From: Azolla caroliniana
Taxonomy: Eukaryota; Plantae; Polypodiophyta
Assembly (NCBI GenBank): GCA_043228905.1
Contig: JBHGNT010000001.1
Location: 16,058,001 to 16,122,000, forward strand
Length of the DNA: 64,000 bases
Reading direction: 5' to 3'
Both the position numbers and the translations under genes were made by a program. A model generated the notes under the pieces. The model saw only the letters and a list, made by a program, of their open reading frames with translations. It did no database searches and was not told the origin of the DNA. Positions 25,714 through 39,300 of the stretch are shown here, in pieces. The stretch's first letter is position 1, and each line of letters begins with the position of its first letter.

Positions 25714-28700
25714 CTGAGCGGTGAGGTCGAACTTCGGTATGTTCACAAAAATCGGCAAGTTACCGACACCTTCACCAAACCACTCGGATCGGACAAGTTG
25801 CAGCACTTCACTGAAATACTTGGTGTTCAACATCTCGACGTGCCACACTTGAGGGGGAGAACGGGCAAAGACACCGGAACGGGCAAAGGCAAAGAGACTG
25901 TCGATTGCGCCGGTGAGGGAAGAACCGACGAAGTGAGAATCAAGAAGAAGAAAGGAGCCGAGTCGACAAGGGAAGTCGACACATCCGAACAAGTCGGAAC
26001 AAGTGGCAGTGGCAGCAGAGTCAAGAAGGACAGAGCCGATCGAAGGAAGAAGGCCAAGACCCAGACATGGTTTGATGTGGTGAAGGGCTTGGAACCAAAA
26101 GACGAATCAGGAGCAACCGATTCGGACAAGAGCTGGAACGAATCGGAGACAGTCGATTCTGTTCAACAGACAGATTCGGAAGAACCGGATCAATTCAAGG
26201 CCAAGAGGACGAGAAGGCAGCGAAAGTCAATGCCAACACGAAGGAATCGCCAAACCGGAACACGCCGAAGTCACAGCAGCAAGGGAGCTGAATTGGGTTT
26301 GTTGAGCAGACAAGCCGATCGAGGAGGTCAAGGTGCGTAGAACAAGAGGGGTCGCGACAAACAGAACCAGACCAGACCGGACGAGGAGCGCGAGCAAGGC
26401 GGAGCAACGCTAGGAGAAGTCGGTTGGAAGAACTGACTGCCACAGAGGCTGACACTAGGATCCAACCTCAAGTTGAGCTTGAGGGGGAGTGTTGAGCGGC
26501 AAGCTCAACTGGAGCCGGATCGGCTGGATAAGCCTGAGCCGATGAGCGAGACGGATCGGTAAGCCGGTGAGCAACTGAGCCAACAAGCAACAAAGTCGGT
26601 GAGCTGGGGAGCCGGTTAGCCGGATCCAATCAGTAACCGGAAGCCTACTATTAGTTTAGACTACTAGGTAGTTATAGTCTCGTAGTAAGTGTCAGATGCT
26701 CGTGTGAGCATTGAAGTATGTGGTACTCTTGTCAGTCCCACAAGGACTTGTATAAATAGTGCTATTGAGCATAGTTGTATGTACAGAGTGTCTATATTGT
26801 TTTGAATATAGCTTTTACATTCTGCTCTCTCTGTCTCTCCCGTGTACTATGTGTATTCTCTGCTTTCTCTGTTTTCTAACGCTTCCGCAAGTAATCGTTT
26901 ACAATCTAGTACATATTTTCACTGAGATAGAACAACTCCTTCTGCCCCATGAGCTACCTCAATTCCAAGAAAGTATGGTAGCAACCCTAGATCACCTCAA
27001 ACTCTTTACCTAGTAGCACCTTCAGTTGGACAATTTCTCCTTCATTGTTACCCATGATAATTATATCATCCACATACACAACAAGTAATGTAGTATGCTC
27101 CTTTTGTTGTCGGAAAAACACAGTATGGTCCGCATTGTTCTACTGGTATCCCATACCCACCATAGCCCTTCTTAACTTGTCAAACTAGGCTCAAAGATTG
27201 CTTCGGTCCATAAAGCGACTTCCTTAGTCTGCACACCTTGCCTACTGTTTGAATTGTACCAAAACCTAGGGGGATATCCATGTACACTTCCTTCATCAAC
27301 TCTCCATGAAGGAATGCATTTTTTACATCTAATTGTTTCCAATCCTTATTCATTTCTAAGGAAATAAGTGTTCTAACAGTGGTCATCTTTCCTACATACG
27401 CAAAAGTCTCATCATAATCAATGTCATATGTCTAACTATATCCCTTTGCCACTAATTGTGCCTTGTAATGATCGATTTTGCCCTTTGGGGTCTGTTTTAT
27501 TGTAAATACCCATCTGCACCCAACTAACTTCTTTCCTAGTGGTAGTGATACAATCTTTCAAGTTTTGTTCTTGTCAAGAACTCCGAGTTCTTCTTGGATC
27601 TTCTTTAGCAACCTACCAACACTTGGGTAAAGTGACAGAGTCTAATGATGCAATGAATGCTCTATGTGTAGCTGATATGTTAGAATAAGAGATATAAACT
27701 GAGCAATATCATGCGGAAAACCATAACAATTAGGAGGGACTCTTGCATTACTGCGAGAGGACCTCCTAACCTTTATAGGATAAGGAGAGGAAATCATATG
27801 TCATTTCTGGGTTTGGGAGTTCTATAGGTATTTTAGAAGTCGAGGCAAGTCGGGACATGGAACTTGATGGCACAAGTGGCACTACATACGTGTTCATATT
27901 TCCATCCTTTTGCCTCTTCCTCGGGGTATACACCTTTAGCTCCCCCTCAGCTTGAGTCCCAACACATGCAGGTTCATCGTCTTCTTTTCCTTCTTCTTCC
28001 TCATCTCCTACGTTCACATGTTTCTCAGCTGGTGTAAGGATCAACAAAAGAATTGATCCTATTTTTAGCAACCTCTCACCATTATCTCATTCCCACATAT
28101 TTTCAATCTTAATTAAGTCATCAAAAACTAAAGTTACCTCTTGTTTATAATATGCCTCCCACTCTCGGAAATGCACATAGATGCTCACAAATAATCTCTT
28201 CTCCACTGGACTCCAACAAACGTACCCCATTTGCGTGTTGAGTATCCCACAAATACACATTTCACAGCGCTAGGATCAAGCTTTCCTATAGATGGTCTAT
28301 TGTCCTTTACAAAACACACATCCAAACACCTTCAAAGGAAGGATCCCAACAACAACTCACATGGAGACTTCCACTCCAATACTCTAGAGGGCATTCTATT
28401 GATCAATGTGGCAGCCATCAAAACTACATGTCCCCATAGTTGCTTTGGGACATTCATATAAATCATCATGCTTCTTGTTGCCTCTAGAAGATGTTTGTTC
28501 TTCCTCTCTGCTACTCCATTTTGTGTCGGTGTATATGGGCATGTAATTTGATGTGCCCTAAACATAATGTTAGCATACTCTATTCCATTATTAGACCTCA
28601 ACACCTTTACTACTGCACCATATTGAGTTTGAATAGCTCTATGAAAATCTTTGAAGCAAGCAAATACGTCATTCTTATTTTTAGTGACCATGTTCCACAA

Positions 28701-28756
28701 GTTATATTTGATGAAAAATAAGAATGAAGTATTTGCTTGCTTTAAAGATTTCTCAA

Positions 28757-29044
28757 CTCATCCATCTTCTCAACCTAGACTATCTCTTCTCTCCTCTTTT
28801 GACTTCTTTTCATTCACATAACACTATCATCCTAGAAGGAGAAGCCTCCCTTTCGTCTCTTGGATGCTAGGACAGTGTTGTTCAAATTTAACACCATCTC
28901 ATCCATCTTCGCAACCTAGACTATCTCTTCTCTCCTCTTCTGATTTCTTTTCTGAAGTCACATCTCATCATCTCATTCACATAGCGTTGTCATCCTAGAA
29001 GGAGAAGCCTCCCTTTCGTCTCTTGGCTTCTAGGACAGTGTTGT
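28757..29044 (+). repeat. Approx. 125-145-bp direct duplication
   Basis: CTCATCCATCTTC.CAACCTAGACTATCTCTTCTCTCCTC at 28757 and 28898. Confidence 0.85.
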
Positions 29045-29067
29045 TTCGTTCACTATTACACCAACTG

Positions 29068-29295
29068 AGGGGCGGATCTAGGGTTTGGCAAAGGGGAGGA
29101 TCTAGGGTTTTGCAGAGGGGCAGATCAAGAATATACATAGCAATGGGCACAATTTCAGCTCAAATCGAACCGAACCATTAAGCCATGGTTTAACAGTTTA
29201 TTGGTTCCAAAAAATTAATGGTTTGGTTTAAATACTTAAGAGTTCATAAACGGTTTGGTTTGGTTTCTTTGCCTTGAAATTGAACCGAACCGTGC
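29068..29295. mobile_element. MITE/DNA-transposon remnants
   Basis: AGGGGCGGATCTAG-type terminus repeated, and AACCGAACC/GGTTTGGTT subterminal motifs. Confidence 0.4.
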
Positions 29296-30311
29296 CGATC
29301 ACTGAATATACATGTCACAACAAGAGAGAACACAGATCACATTTTACATGAGGAGATGGTTCCTCTTAAAGGCCATGATCCAGCCGTTGGCATAACTCCA
29401 CACTTAATTTGCAGTTATTGATTTTATAATAGTGTAAAGCATCATCTTCGTTTCTAAATTCTGTATTCCAAACTCAAAACACCCTTACCAGATAGGTTGG
29501 TTCCAATATATATTTCATTGCCAGCATTATAATCTTCTAAATTTCGAATGAAACCTTACATGCATGTTGAAAATATAAATTGCTTTCCAAAACAAGTTGA
29601 TAATTTTACTAGACTTTCAAGACCATGTTCAAACAGATTCAAAGACAATAAGCGGAGCATACTCGAGGATCATCTCACCCCTTACAGGAGAACTATGTGT
29701 CCTAATTCAAAGAGATCAAATACAAAACTATCAAATGAGCTTAAAATGTGATTCACATATAATGTGTTTGGAGTTCTTAATGTCTTTAAGCAACACCATA
29801 TTCCCATAAAAAAATACAATGGCGCCAGCTAATAAATGACTCTATTAAAGTAACAAATAAAACCAACAAACAGCTCTAAACAGAAAAAAAATACATAATT
29901 ATATGAACAAATTAGACCAAATGAATTGAGATGCCATGTAGTGGATTCAGTGAGATTCCATCCATCCAAGGCCTTTGATAAGATAGAATCTGTAAACTCA
30001 GGAACATGCACAAGGTAATAGAATAAAATCTCCTTTATCCTCAAGTTATAATCTACTCCAGTGCTCTCATCTTGATGTTTTATCAATGAAACCAGGGAAG
30101 AAAATTTGTATTGAGTGAGCGCATGCTAGAATTCTCTCTTAACAGAGAAGGATGTGTGATGCTGAAAATACAATTTTCAATCATTATCTTCATGAAAAAA
30201 CAGTGTGCACAAGAAAGAAAATTTGCATTACAAGTGGAAATGAATGAACTTGATCTCTTACCAGCGTTGTGTGCATGCTTGGTTTTTCTGATACAATTCA
30301 CCTATGTTGCC

Positions 30312-33300
30312 TTAATCTTCTTGAACATATCTGTTCTTTCTGGAATTAAACAGTAGTCTCTGTTGAAACCACCATAAACGTTCACACCTACAGATCAGCC
30401 CTTTGTAAAATTGTACGTAAAAGACAATCAAATTTAAATGTGCTGTATATCAATTGATTGTTAATGGGGGGCTATAATGCATATAACTTTCACAGTTAGA
30501 GATCCATTTTTATATTTTTGCTGCATACATGGCATAATTGATTTAGTAAGAATATTTCAAATGTGAATCTCAGCACATTTGGGGCATTCTTTGGAAGCAT
30601 TGCCATGCTAATCTCAGCCCACTTGGCGCATTATTTAGGACCATTAACCATTATGGCTTTACTAGACTTACATAAGGATTTCTATAGCATAAAGCAATCG
30701 TATTTCTTTTGCATCCAGGTGATATTCACAATATGAGCACTGAGAACTAGTGACTTACAGCAATTATTTGGGAGTACGCTTTAAATCCTGTCAAAAAACG
30801 TATATATGAGGAGCTCGTATTTCCATTTCCTGATGCTGAACGAATACGTGGAACCAAGAACTTGGCAACCTAGACATGCATCCAAAATATTCAGGTATAC
30901 TGAAGTTTATCCAATATATATTGATGAAATACAACAAAGGTCGAACAGTACTGTTTCGGCTGGTTCTGCTAGTATATTGATAAAGAACTTGGCCTGAGAA
31001 TTCCCACAGAAAATTAATTACAAACTAAATTTTATGTTAACCTTTACATTTCATGTCAATTACCATAACTGGAGATTTACCTGTGGAGTATCACTACCAG
31101 ACATCAATAACTCTGTTGTCACCATACCAGGCTGTACAAGTATCATGGAAATTGTCACTCTTTTGTTTTTTATTTTTCCTAAAAGGTATCGTATTAATAT
31201 AAAATGCCTTCATGACAAGCATTAATATAAAATTCTCTCAAACAGGTGCCAACTGTCAAACTGAGAGGGAATACATATGTCGGACATGCAGTAGCATTAA
31301 ATGACAAACAAGTTCCTGTGGTGTAAAATCAGTAGAAGCCTTTTGGTAATTGGTAGTGAAAGTGATTAATGAGTTCTTGACCACGAGTTAGCATCTCCTC
31401 TAAAGAAAGATTATACCGTTAGTGATTATCCAGAAAATGACAGTGTGCTATCCCATATAGAGAACAGGTTATTTCTACATTCAAATGAATTTCCCAAGCA
31501 TAGTTTAAATATAGGACATTCACGGAAACTCCTAAAAAGAGGGAAGAATAGATTGGGATTTAGTTACTCCAAATAAAATGGCAGAAAATATACAAGCATT
31601 TTCTTTCAAAACTTGGTCAATTTTGATGGCATAGCATCCCTTGGACTACAAGCAAGAAAACATTATCAAGACAAATCACAACCTACAAAGATATAGATAT
31701 TAAGTGTAGCAGATACAAACTACACAAAACAGCACAGCCTTGATGCACTAGAAATAGCAAACCTTTTACAGACTCATTGATCCTTAGCACACAATGGGTT
31801 CCAGACTCATATTTTCAGTATGATTGACTATGCTCCTTACATAGAATCTCTACCAAAAAGAAATTAGATTGCATACTAGCATGTATAGACTTAACATTTT
31901 TATAATATTAATCATCAAAAGATCATGGCATCATCCAAGCTCACCGAAAGCATGTGGATGATCACATTTTTTATTTCTTGCATTTTCATCTCTGCCTACA
32001 TCGAAAAACACAACCACGAACCTTTATCAACAAGATAGTGGCAATAAAGTTCCTTAGAAATCAGACCAGAGTCCAGAGCAAATGGATTTTACCTGCAGAG
32101 ATTTTGTTAATTGTGTTAAGCTTCGCTTTGTTGCTCCGTATGCTGCAAATCTGGGGAAACCATAGTCACATTCATTTGCAATGTAAGCTGCACCATCCCC
32201 AGTATATGATAGAAAGACATAAAGAAGTATATAATAATCTCTCTAAATAACAACAAAGGCTTATCAGACCTGATAAAAATTACAACTGTTCATGTTAACT
32301 GTTTAAATGTGAATAGCAGAAGAAAAATTTCTTTCTACTCTAGCTTCCAAAAACTAAATAATTTGTCACTGTTCATGTTAACTCTTTAAATGTGAATAAC
32401 AGAAGAAAAAAGTCTTACTTTAGCTTCCTAAAACTAAACTGTTCATGTTAACTCTTTAAATGCGAATAACAGAAGAAAAATGTCTTTCTACTCTAGGTTC
32501 CTAAAACTAAATAGTTTGTCACTGTTCATGTTAACTCTTAAAATGTGAATAACAGAAGAAAAATGTCTTTCTACTCTAGCTTCCTAAAACTAAACAATTT
32601 GTTGCAAGGATTCAGACCTGGGAGTGGGCCTTCCATCCGCTCCAGCCCCATCCATGTTAAAGATATGACCACCTTCTTCTTGTGCCATCATCAGTTTTAT
32701 GGCCTAAAATATTGCACCACTATTGAACATGAAAAACTGCCATGTAGATGATATTGGAATCAGCTATACCTCTCTGCAGCATATCATAACTCCAATAGTA
32801 TTGGTTTCCACTATTTCCCTACAAAAGACAAACTCATAAGGAACAGACACTAGTTGAGAATATTAATGTATTGTGGCAAAACTAACTAGTTTCTGATTCT
32901 TACATAATGATGTCATCACTTGTATCCACTAATGGCTTGTATGTATATGCATTGGATCCAGCATTATTTATCTGCGATACCATACAATCAGCTAGAAACA
33001 AACAAATGGCCTTATAAATGTATGTATCTGCGATACATACAACTACTAGATAGGTCTTCCCTTAAATCTGCTGCAGCTGAGACTAGTTTATCAAAAAAGA
33101 AGCCACTGAGCAAATTATGGCATGAAGCACACTCCGAAACACAGTTTTGGGGTTAACTAGAGGAACTGGAACAGGCATTTCACTTGCAAATTAAGCTCAT
33201 CCACAAGTTCTTAGTAAATTGAAAGCAAACTTAGTTGGATTCAAGGGCAAAGGAATCAAGATGTGCACAAATGCACCATCTGAATGAAGGAAGAGATCAT

Positions 33301-36300
33301 AATAGGAAAAGGATGGGCTCATTTCGTGGAGCGTGGTTAATCATCTACAACTATAGGTTCACACCATTAGTTGCCTCTGTTCCTCTTCCACATCCATCAG
33401 CGCAAAAGATAAAGAGAGATGGATCAAGTGAGAATGTAAGTGTTAAAGCAGGTTCTACTTGCACTATCCATGATGAATCAGCTGAAGAACTCCCTTTTAC
33501 CTTCACCAAATCTCGAATTGGATTCAAACAAAACAGATACAATTAGCTGAATTGGAAATTGGTAAGATGCTTATTGAATGGAATCTCCTATTTACAACTT
33601 ACATACTCCTAGTTGGAAGCAAACGGTGAAGGTAGTGTCACAAATAGTTTAATGACACTAGAAGATTGATTCCATCCAGCCATTACTTCATCAATTCAAG
33701 CATTTATTACGGTTGACTTTTAGAACCAAACACTACTTCATCAAAACATTTAATGCATTGTTTTTCTTCTCTCCACTGATCCACTACTTTAACTCATTAT
33801 GTACCAAGGGATATTTATCTGTAGCATCATCAATGAATGTAAGAAAATGAAGATAACTCTCCAATTGATACTGTTCTCATTGGACTGCATACATCACTAT
33901 GTACAAGTTGAAGCTTGCATGTTGCAAAAACATTTGCATCTTTTGGAAATGAAAATCTGTGCATCTGTCTCGTGGATATGCAACCCTTGGTGCTCTTGAT
34001 AGACAATGTGCAGATTTGCAATTCCAAGAGCCACAAACTAAACTGTGGCTATTTCATACAATTGTAACAGCAACTCTTCTCTATGGAGTAGAAACATGGG
34101 GACCGAGTCTAAACAAGGCAAAGAACTGGAAAGATTTAGAGACGCCTTTAGTCTCAAATATTGCCTGCATGATAAGGAGCAAAGCGTTTGTGCCCCATGA
34201 TATAATCATGGGCAGATATGAGCGCAGCCCCTATAATCATTGGGGCATTATTCTGATCTGTGACCTGTATTCAACGACTTTGGGAGCTACCTAAAGGAAG
34301 GTACTCAAGATTGGTGCTTATGTTATCAAAGCAACTTGCTAATCATGGAGACATTCATTGTTGGTATACTAAAATGCAACAATAGTGGCATAAGAATAAA
34401 TGCAATACCCCCTTTCCAGTATAGCTTGGATTATCCCCATTTAAACATAACCAAAGTGGGAATGAATAGAGTGGTCTGAACTAATATTATTAACTTGGAA
34501 AACAAGATAACATGGATCAGCTCCAAAATATCAATTGAAAGGAAGATGGCCCACTATAAGAAACTTTTTACACACATCGGAGGATGGATTCATAATCAGA
34601 CCCTCTTATAAGGACATACATCTATCCTATGCATTGTTTAATGTGATAGGGCAGTTGCGAACTTCATCACATTAGTTAGAGATTGAGATAGGGAAATAAG
34701 CACGAATACATCTAGAAGAAAGAATTTGCCAATTGTGTCATCATGGAGTGGAATATAAGAACACTATGTTTGTCACTGTGTTTTCTATGAAATATTAGGG
34801 AGATACCATTGCCTCTTTAATCAAGGCTTTAGCCCACTACACAAGGTAATGGAATATGAGGACTAAGGTGCTTGGGGCTTTTCTTGCTAGAACTCAAGAG
34901 ACATAGGCAAAAGTTGTTGACGGACAACAACACAGCCACACAAGCTCATCAACAAAGAACATTCACAACTTTCTTTAGCCCCATCACTCATGCCACAAGT
35001 CAACCAAGGGCTACACAAATGAGCCCCGACCAGGACATAACAAAGGGGTTACAATAGATCAGGCAAAAGCAATTTGTCATGCAAATAGGCCCCAGCCCCA
35101 TGGACCACGATCTCATCACCCTTGTCATCAACTGATAAAGGCCCTTATCTCCCATCATCGCAGGTGCTTCCCTCACTTTGGAGACCTCTCCATTCTGGAT
35201 TGACCTATGCTAGAGATCTTCTGAAGAAAAAAATTACAATATATTGAACTTGCGAATCTTACATTTACCAATAACAAGATTCTTCAGTGTCTTTTTATCT
35301 TATTTATCTTTCTTTTTTTACTTAGTAACATTTATTTATTTTGATTTGTTGATCTCGAAGACGATACAACACTTAAGCTGTAATCTCTGGCCTTATAGGA
35401 CAATTTGGCCTCTTAAAAGACGTTAATACATGTTTATTGCTTTCTTTCGGCCAGCATAGGTACGTTTGACAACTTCTTGAAACCTACGGCATGACATTGA
35501 AAGCCCCTATCTTCTCCCAAAGATCTACATCCAAGCTTTCTCATGAAGAACATTTGCCCATTTTTGAAGATAGTAGGGGGCTGATTGGCTGGCTATTGCT
35601 TTCTCCTTAGCTCTTTCCCAGGTAAATGTAACTTTCCTAGGAATATTAATAAATAAGCCCTTTCCTAGGAATATTAATCAACTCTTTACTCATCTCAATG
35701 TGGGACCACAGTTTTGGAGCTGAGAGGAGGTTTTGGAGGGTGACAGCCCTAGAATTAATCTCTCCCTTATGCAATCTCTTTGTTACGGGAATGACCATAA
35801 TTTATCCCGTGGTAAGTTGTACCATAGTATTTTACACACAAGGATAAAGTACGGTCATGCCTGTAACACTACTCTCTTTGCACATTTTCTCTAACAACAC
35901 TTAAGATGTAATCGTAATCTCTTGTTTGGTTTTATAGGCCATTTTGGCCTCTTAAAAGATGTTAATATTTCTTTCTTTCTTTCTACATTTACTATATTCC
36001 AGCATTTATTATAGTTGACTTTTAGAACCTACCACTACATAACATTTAATGTATTGTTCTTTTTCTCTTCTTTATGGAGTAGAAATGTGGGGACCGAGTC
36101 TTAACAAGGCAAATCATTGGAAAAATTTAGAGAGTCCTTTAGTGTCAATGATTGCCCACATGATAAGGAGCAAAGCATCGGTGCCCCCTATGATATAATC
36201 CGGGGAGAGACGAGAGCAACACCTATAATCACTGAGGCATTGCTCCAATCAGTGACCTATATGCAAAGTCTTTGGGAGCTCCCTAAATGAAGGTATACAA

Positions 36301-39300
36301 GGTTGGCACTTATGTGATCAAGACAACTGAATGAAAATGTAGACATTCATTGTTGGTATGCTGAAATGCAGAAATGGTTCGAGTCACATGGCACAAGTGT
36401 AAATGCACTACCCCTGTTCCAATATAGCTTGAATTCTCCCCATCTAAATATGACCGAAGTGGAAAAGAATAGAGTGATCTGAACTGATATTATTAACTTG
36501 GAAAACAAGATAACATGGATCAGCCCCAAAATATCACTTGGTACGAAGATGGCCCACTACAAAACCCACTTTTTACACACATCAAAGGATGGATTGCTCA
36601 TAAGGCCACCTTATATGGGCATTCATCTATCGTATGCACTGCGCAATGTGATAGGGCAGCTGCAAACTTCATCACATCAGTTAGAGATTGAGGTAGGCAG
36701 ATTTACACGAATACCTCTAGAAGAAAGAATTTGCCAATTGTGTCATAAAGGAGTGGAATCTGAGGAACACTATATTTGTCACTGTAATGTCTTTAACGAA
36801 ATCAGAGGGAGATACCATGGCCTCTTTAAACAAGGCTTTGGCCCACTACACAAGGTGATGGAATATGAGGACCAATGGCGCCTAGGACTTTTCTAGCTAG
36901 AACTCAAGAGACATAGGAAAAAGTTGTTGAAGGACAATAGTACAGCCAGACAAGCTCATCCACAAAGAACAATCACAACTTTCTTTAATACCATCACTCC
37001 TACTAATGTTACAAGTCAATCAAGGGATAGACAAATGGGTTCCGGACAAGGAAATAATAAATGGGTTAGGATAGATCAGGCAATAGCAATTTGTCGTGCA
37101 CGTAGGCCCTTGCCCCATAGACCACGACCTCAACGCCCTTGTCATCCACAAATGAAGGCCATTATCTCCTACCATCGCAAGTGCTTCTCTCGCTTCGGAG
37201 ACCTGGATCGACCTATGCTAGAGATCTTTCGAAGAAAAAAGTTATAATATATCTAACTTGAGAATCTCACATGTGCCAAAAACCAGATTTTATCGTCTCT
37301 TTTTATCTTATTTACTTTTATATTTACTGAGTAATATTTATTTTATTTTGATTTGTTGTCCTCAAAGATGAGACAACACTTAAGATGTAATTTCTTGTTT
37401 GGTATTATAGGCCATTTTGACCTATTAAAAGACATTAATATTTCTTTTTTTCTTTCTTCTTCACTCCTCCATTATAACTCATTGTGTACCTAGGAATATT
37501 TTATCTCCTTTCATAAATGCATGATTACAAAACCCACCCTCATTTTCACATGTGAGCTTCCAATTCTTGTTTTAACTTATTATTAAGCTGCTGAAAGCCT
37601 CTTTGGCATCTTACAATTGTTCATAACAGTTTTCTCACAGAATTATATAGGACCTTTTATGGGAGGTCTCGGAATCAAGAATATCCTCTCATTCTTCGTC
37701 TACTGAAAATAGTTTTGTTCCTTGTTTAATTGTTCTTTTTGTAAAGAATCAGGTATGATTCTTGTGTAGTGAAAGAGATATGTGTTATGTGTATGTGTGA
37801 GAGGAAATAGAGAAGAGAAGAGAAGACACAAGATGGATAGATAGAATGGAAATAGAATACTCAAGAAGAAGAATATGTATATTCACAAGGAGAATATGAA
37901 ATACAAAAATGTAGCATTACAAGGAGTCGCAACCGACTTAGTATGAAGTATGAGGAGGGTGCTTTATATATAGTCACCCTCTCTCTTCATTAACTAACTA
38001 CAACAACCACTCTCTCTTGGGGAATGTGAAGACTCATAGTCATGGGGAATATGTAACTCATTAGTTATGTGTCATAGAATATGATTCTATGACACATAGT
38101 TAATGTGTAGAGAGTAGTGGTGTAACTCTTGACCTTTGAGTAATCATAGATTCTCAAAAGGTGTGTTCACACATTGCACTATGTTGAGCTTGATTCTCAA
38201 CACTTTTGTTAGTTGAGACTTAAGGGAAGAAGAAGTTGGAAATTTCTTATGCTAATTGATATAAAACAGTTTTCTATTAAGTTTATGGATTTATAATCTG
38301 TTTAAGGCTGCAATAGATTAAGGTATTTGGCTAAAAAACTGAATCCAAATGTATCTAAAATCTTAGATGCTTAAGATATGTAGATGCACCACATCTTACG
38401 TGCCTCTCTTAAGATGTGTTTGAACTTAGTACATGTTAGCTACACCTATAACGCCTCTGTTGTTCAAGCAATTGGTTTCCATCACTCAAATGTGTCAACC
38501 CCAATGCGGCATATTACAACCATATTAAACCCTAAATTTTTGTTGATTTTTTTTTATTCCCAGGAGAATAATTACAAATGGAAAAAATGAGGCCATACCC
38601 AAATGTCAATGCATCCAAGATGCTCTATAGCAAAATTGACCAATGTTTTGACGCTCTCCCCATTTCGAACATCAACCGATTTTCCCTAAAAAACCCATAT
38701 ATTCTTCACTATGAAACATACCAAGGGTTGCCTAATGCTCTCATGCAGGAAACATGACAATGTAAAATTATTCTTCAACCCAATCTGTTTATAGTCAGTT
38801 AGCAAACTGACTACTCACAAAAGCTCGCTGTCCACCAAACTCTTGTGTCAAGCTCTTGACAGCTTTAGCCACACTTTCACCTTCATACAGTAAAAAGCCA
38901 ATGTCATAAAGAATTGTTAGATTGCAGGTACTCTTGGGAGAGGGTAAAGAATTGACACCACAGAAAGCAGAAGTTTTGCAAGACCAGAAGATGGACTGAC
39001 CTGATCGTGAGCATATTACGACATTATCACCCTCTCTCAAAAACTCCTTCGCGAGTGCATAGCCGATTCCTACAATAAATAAAAAACAGAAATGGATTAC
39101 ATCACCTTTGCCATATTTCTCAATTTTTACTAGATTAACATGATGATATGATTTTTCAGTATTTATATTCATAGTGAATAAGATGCCAGCATTCAATTCC
39201 TAATACAATTATATCATAATCCTCGCTTCTTATCAAATTATGATGAAATGTCCCCCTGTTCATTTCATACAATATTCTTTATCCATTGACACGCTTCAAG

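Larger units (their letters stand above)
16071..26903 (+). mobile_element. Full-length Ty1/copia element A (defective), carrying two nested insertions
   Basis: 414-bp LTRs at 16071-16484 and 26490-26903 (about 27 mismatches by eye, mostly transitions). TSD ATCTA. PBS TGGTATCAGAGC at 16485 and PPT at 26480-26489. gag (NYASWSYKMHQYL), PR (WYVDS), IN (22271-22885) and RT (YVDD)/RNaseH, with stops. Confidence 0.96.
15738..28700 (-). mobile_element. Old Ty1/copia fragment (integrase to RT), host of the nested element at 16071-26903
   Basis: VLRSNNGIEY/QNGVAERKN (28332-28700) and [13 protein letters not shown] (27180-27386). RKYVLD|LLIETG is contiguous across the insertion. The fragment ends at CDSDWA near 15740. 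Confidence 0.85.

Noticed and set aside
38795-39196. 133-aa ORF as a separate gene
   Set aside because: It is NOL exons 2 and 3 read through an in-frame 120-nt intron.
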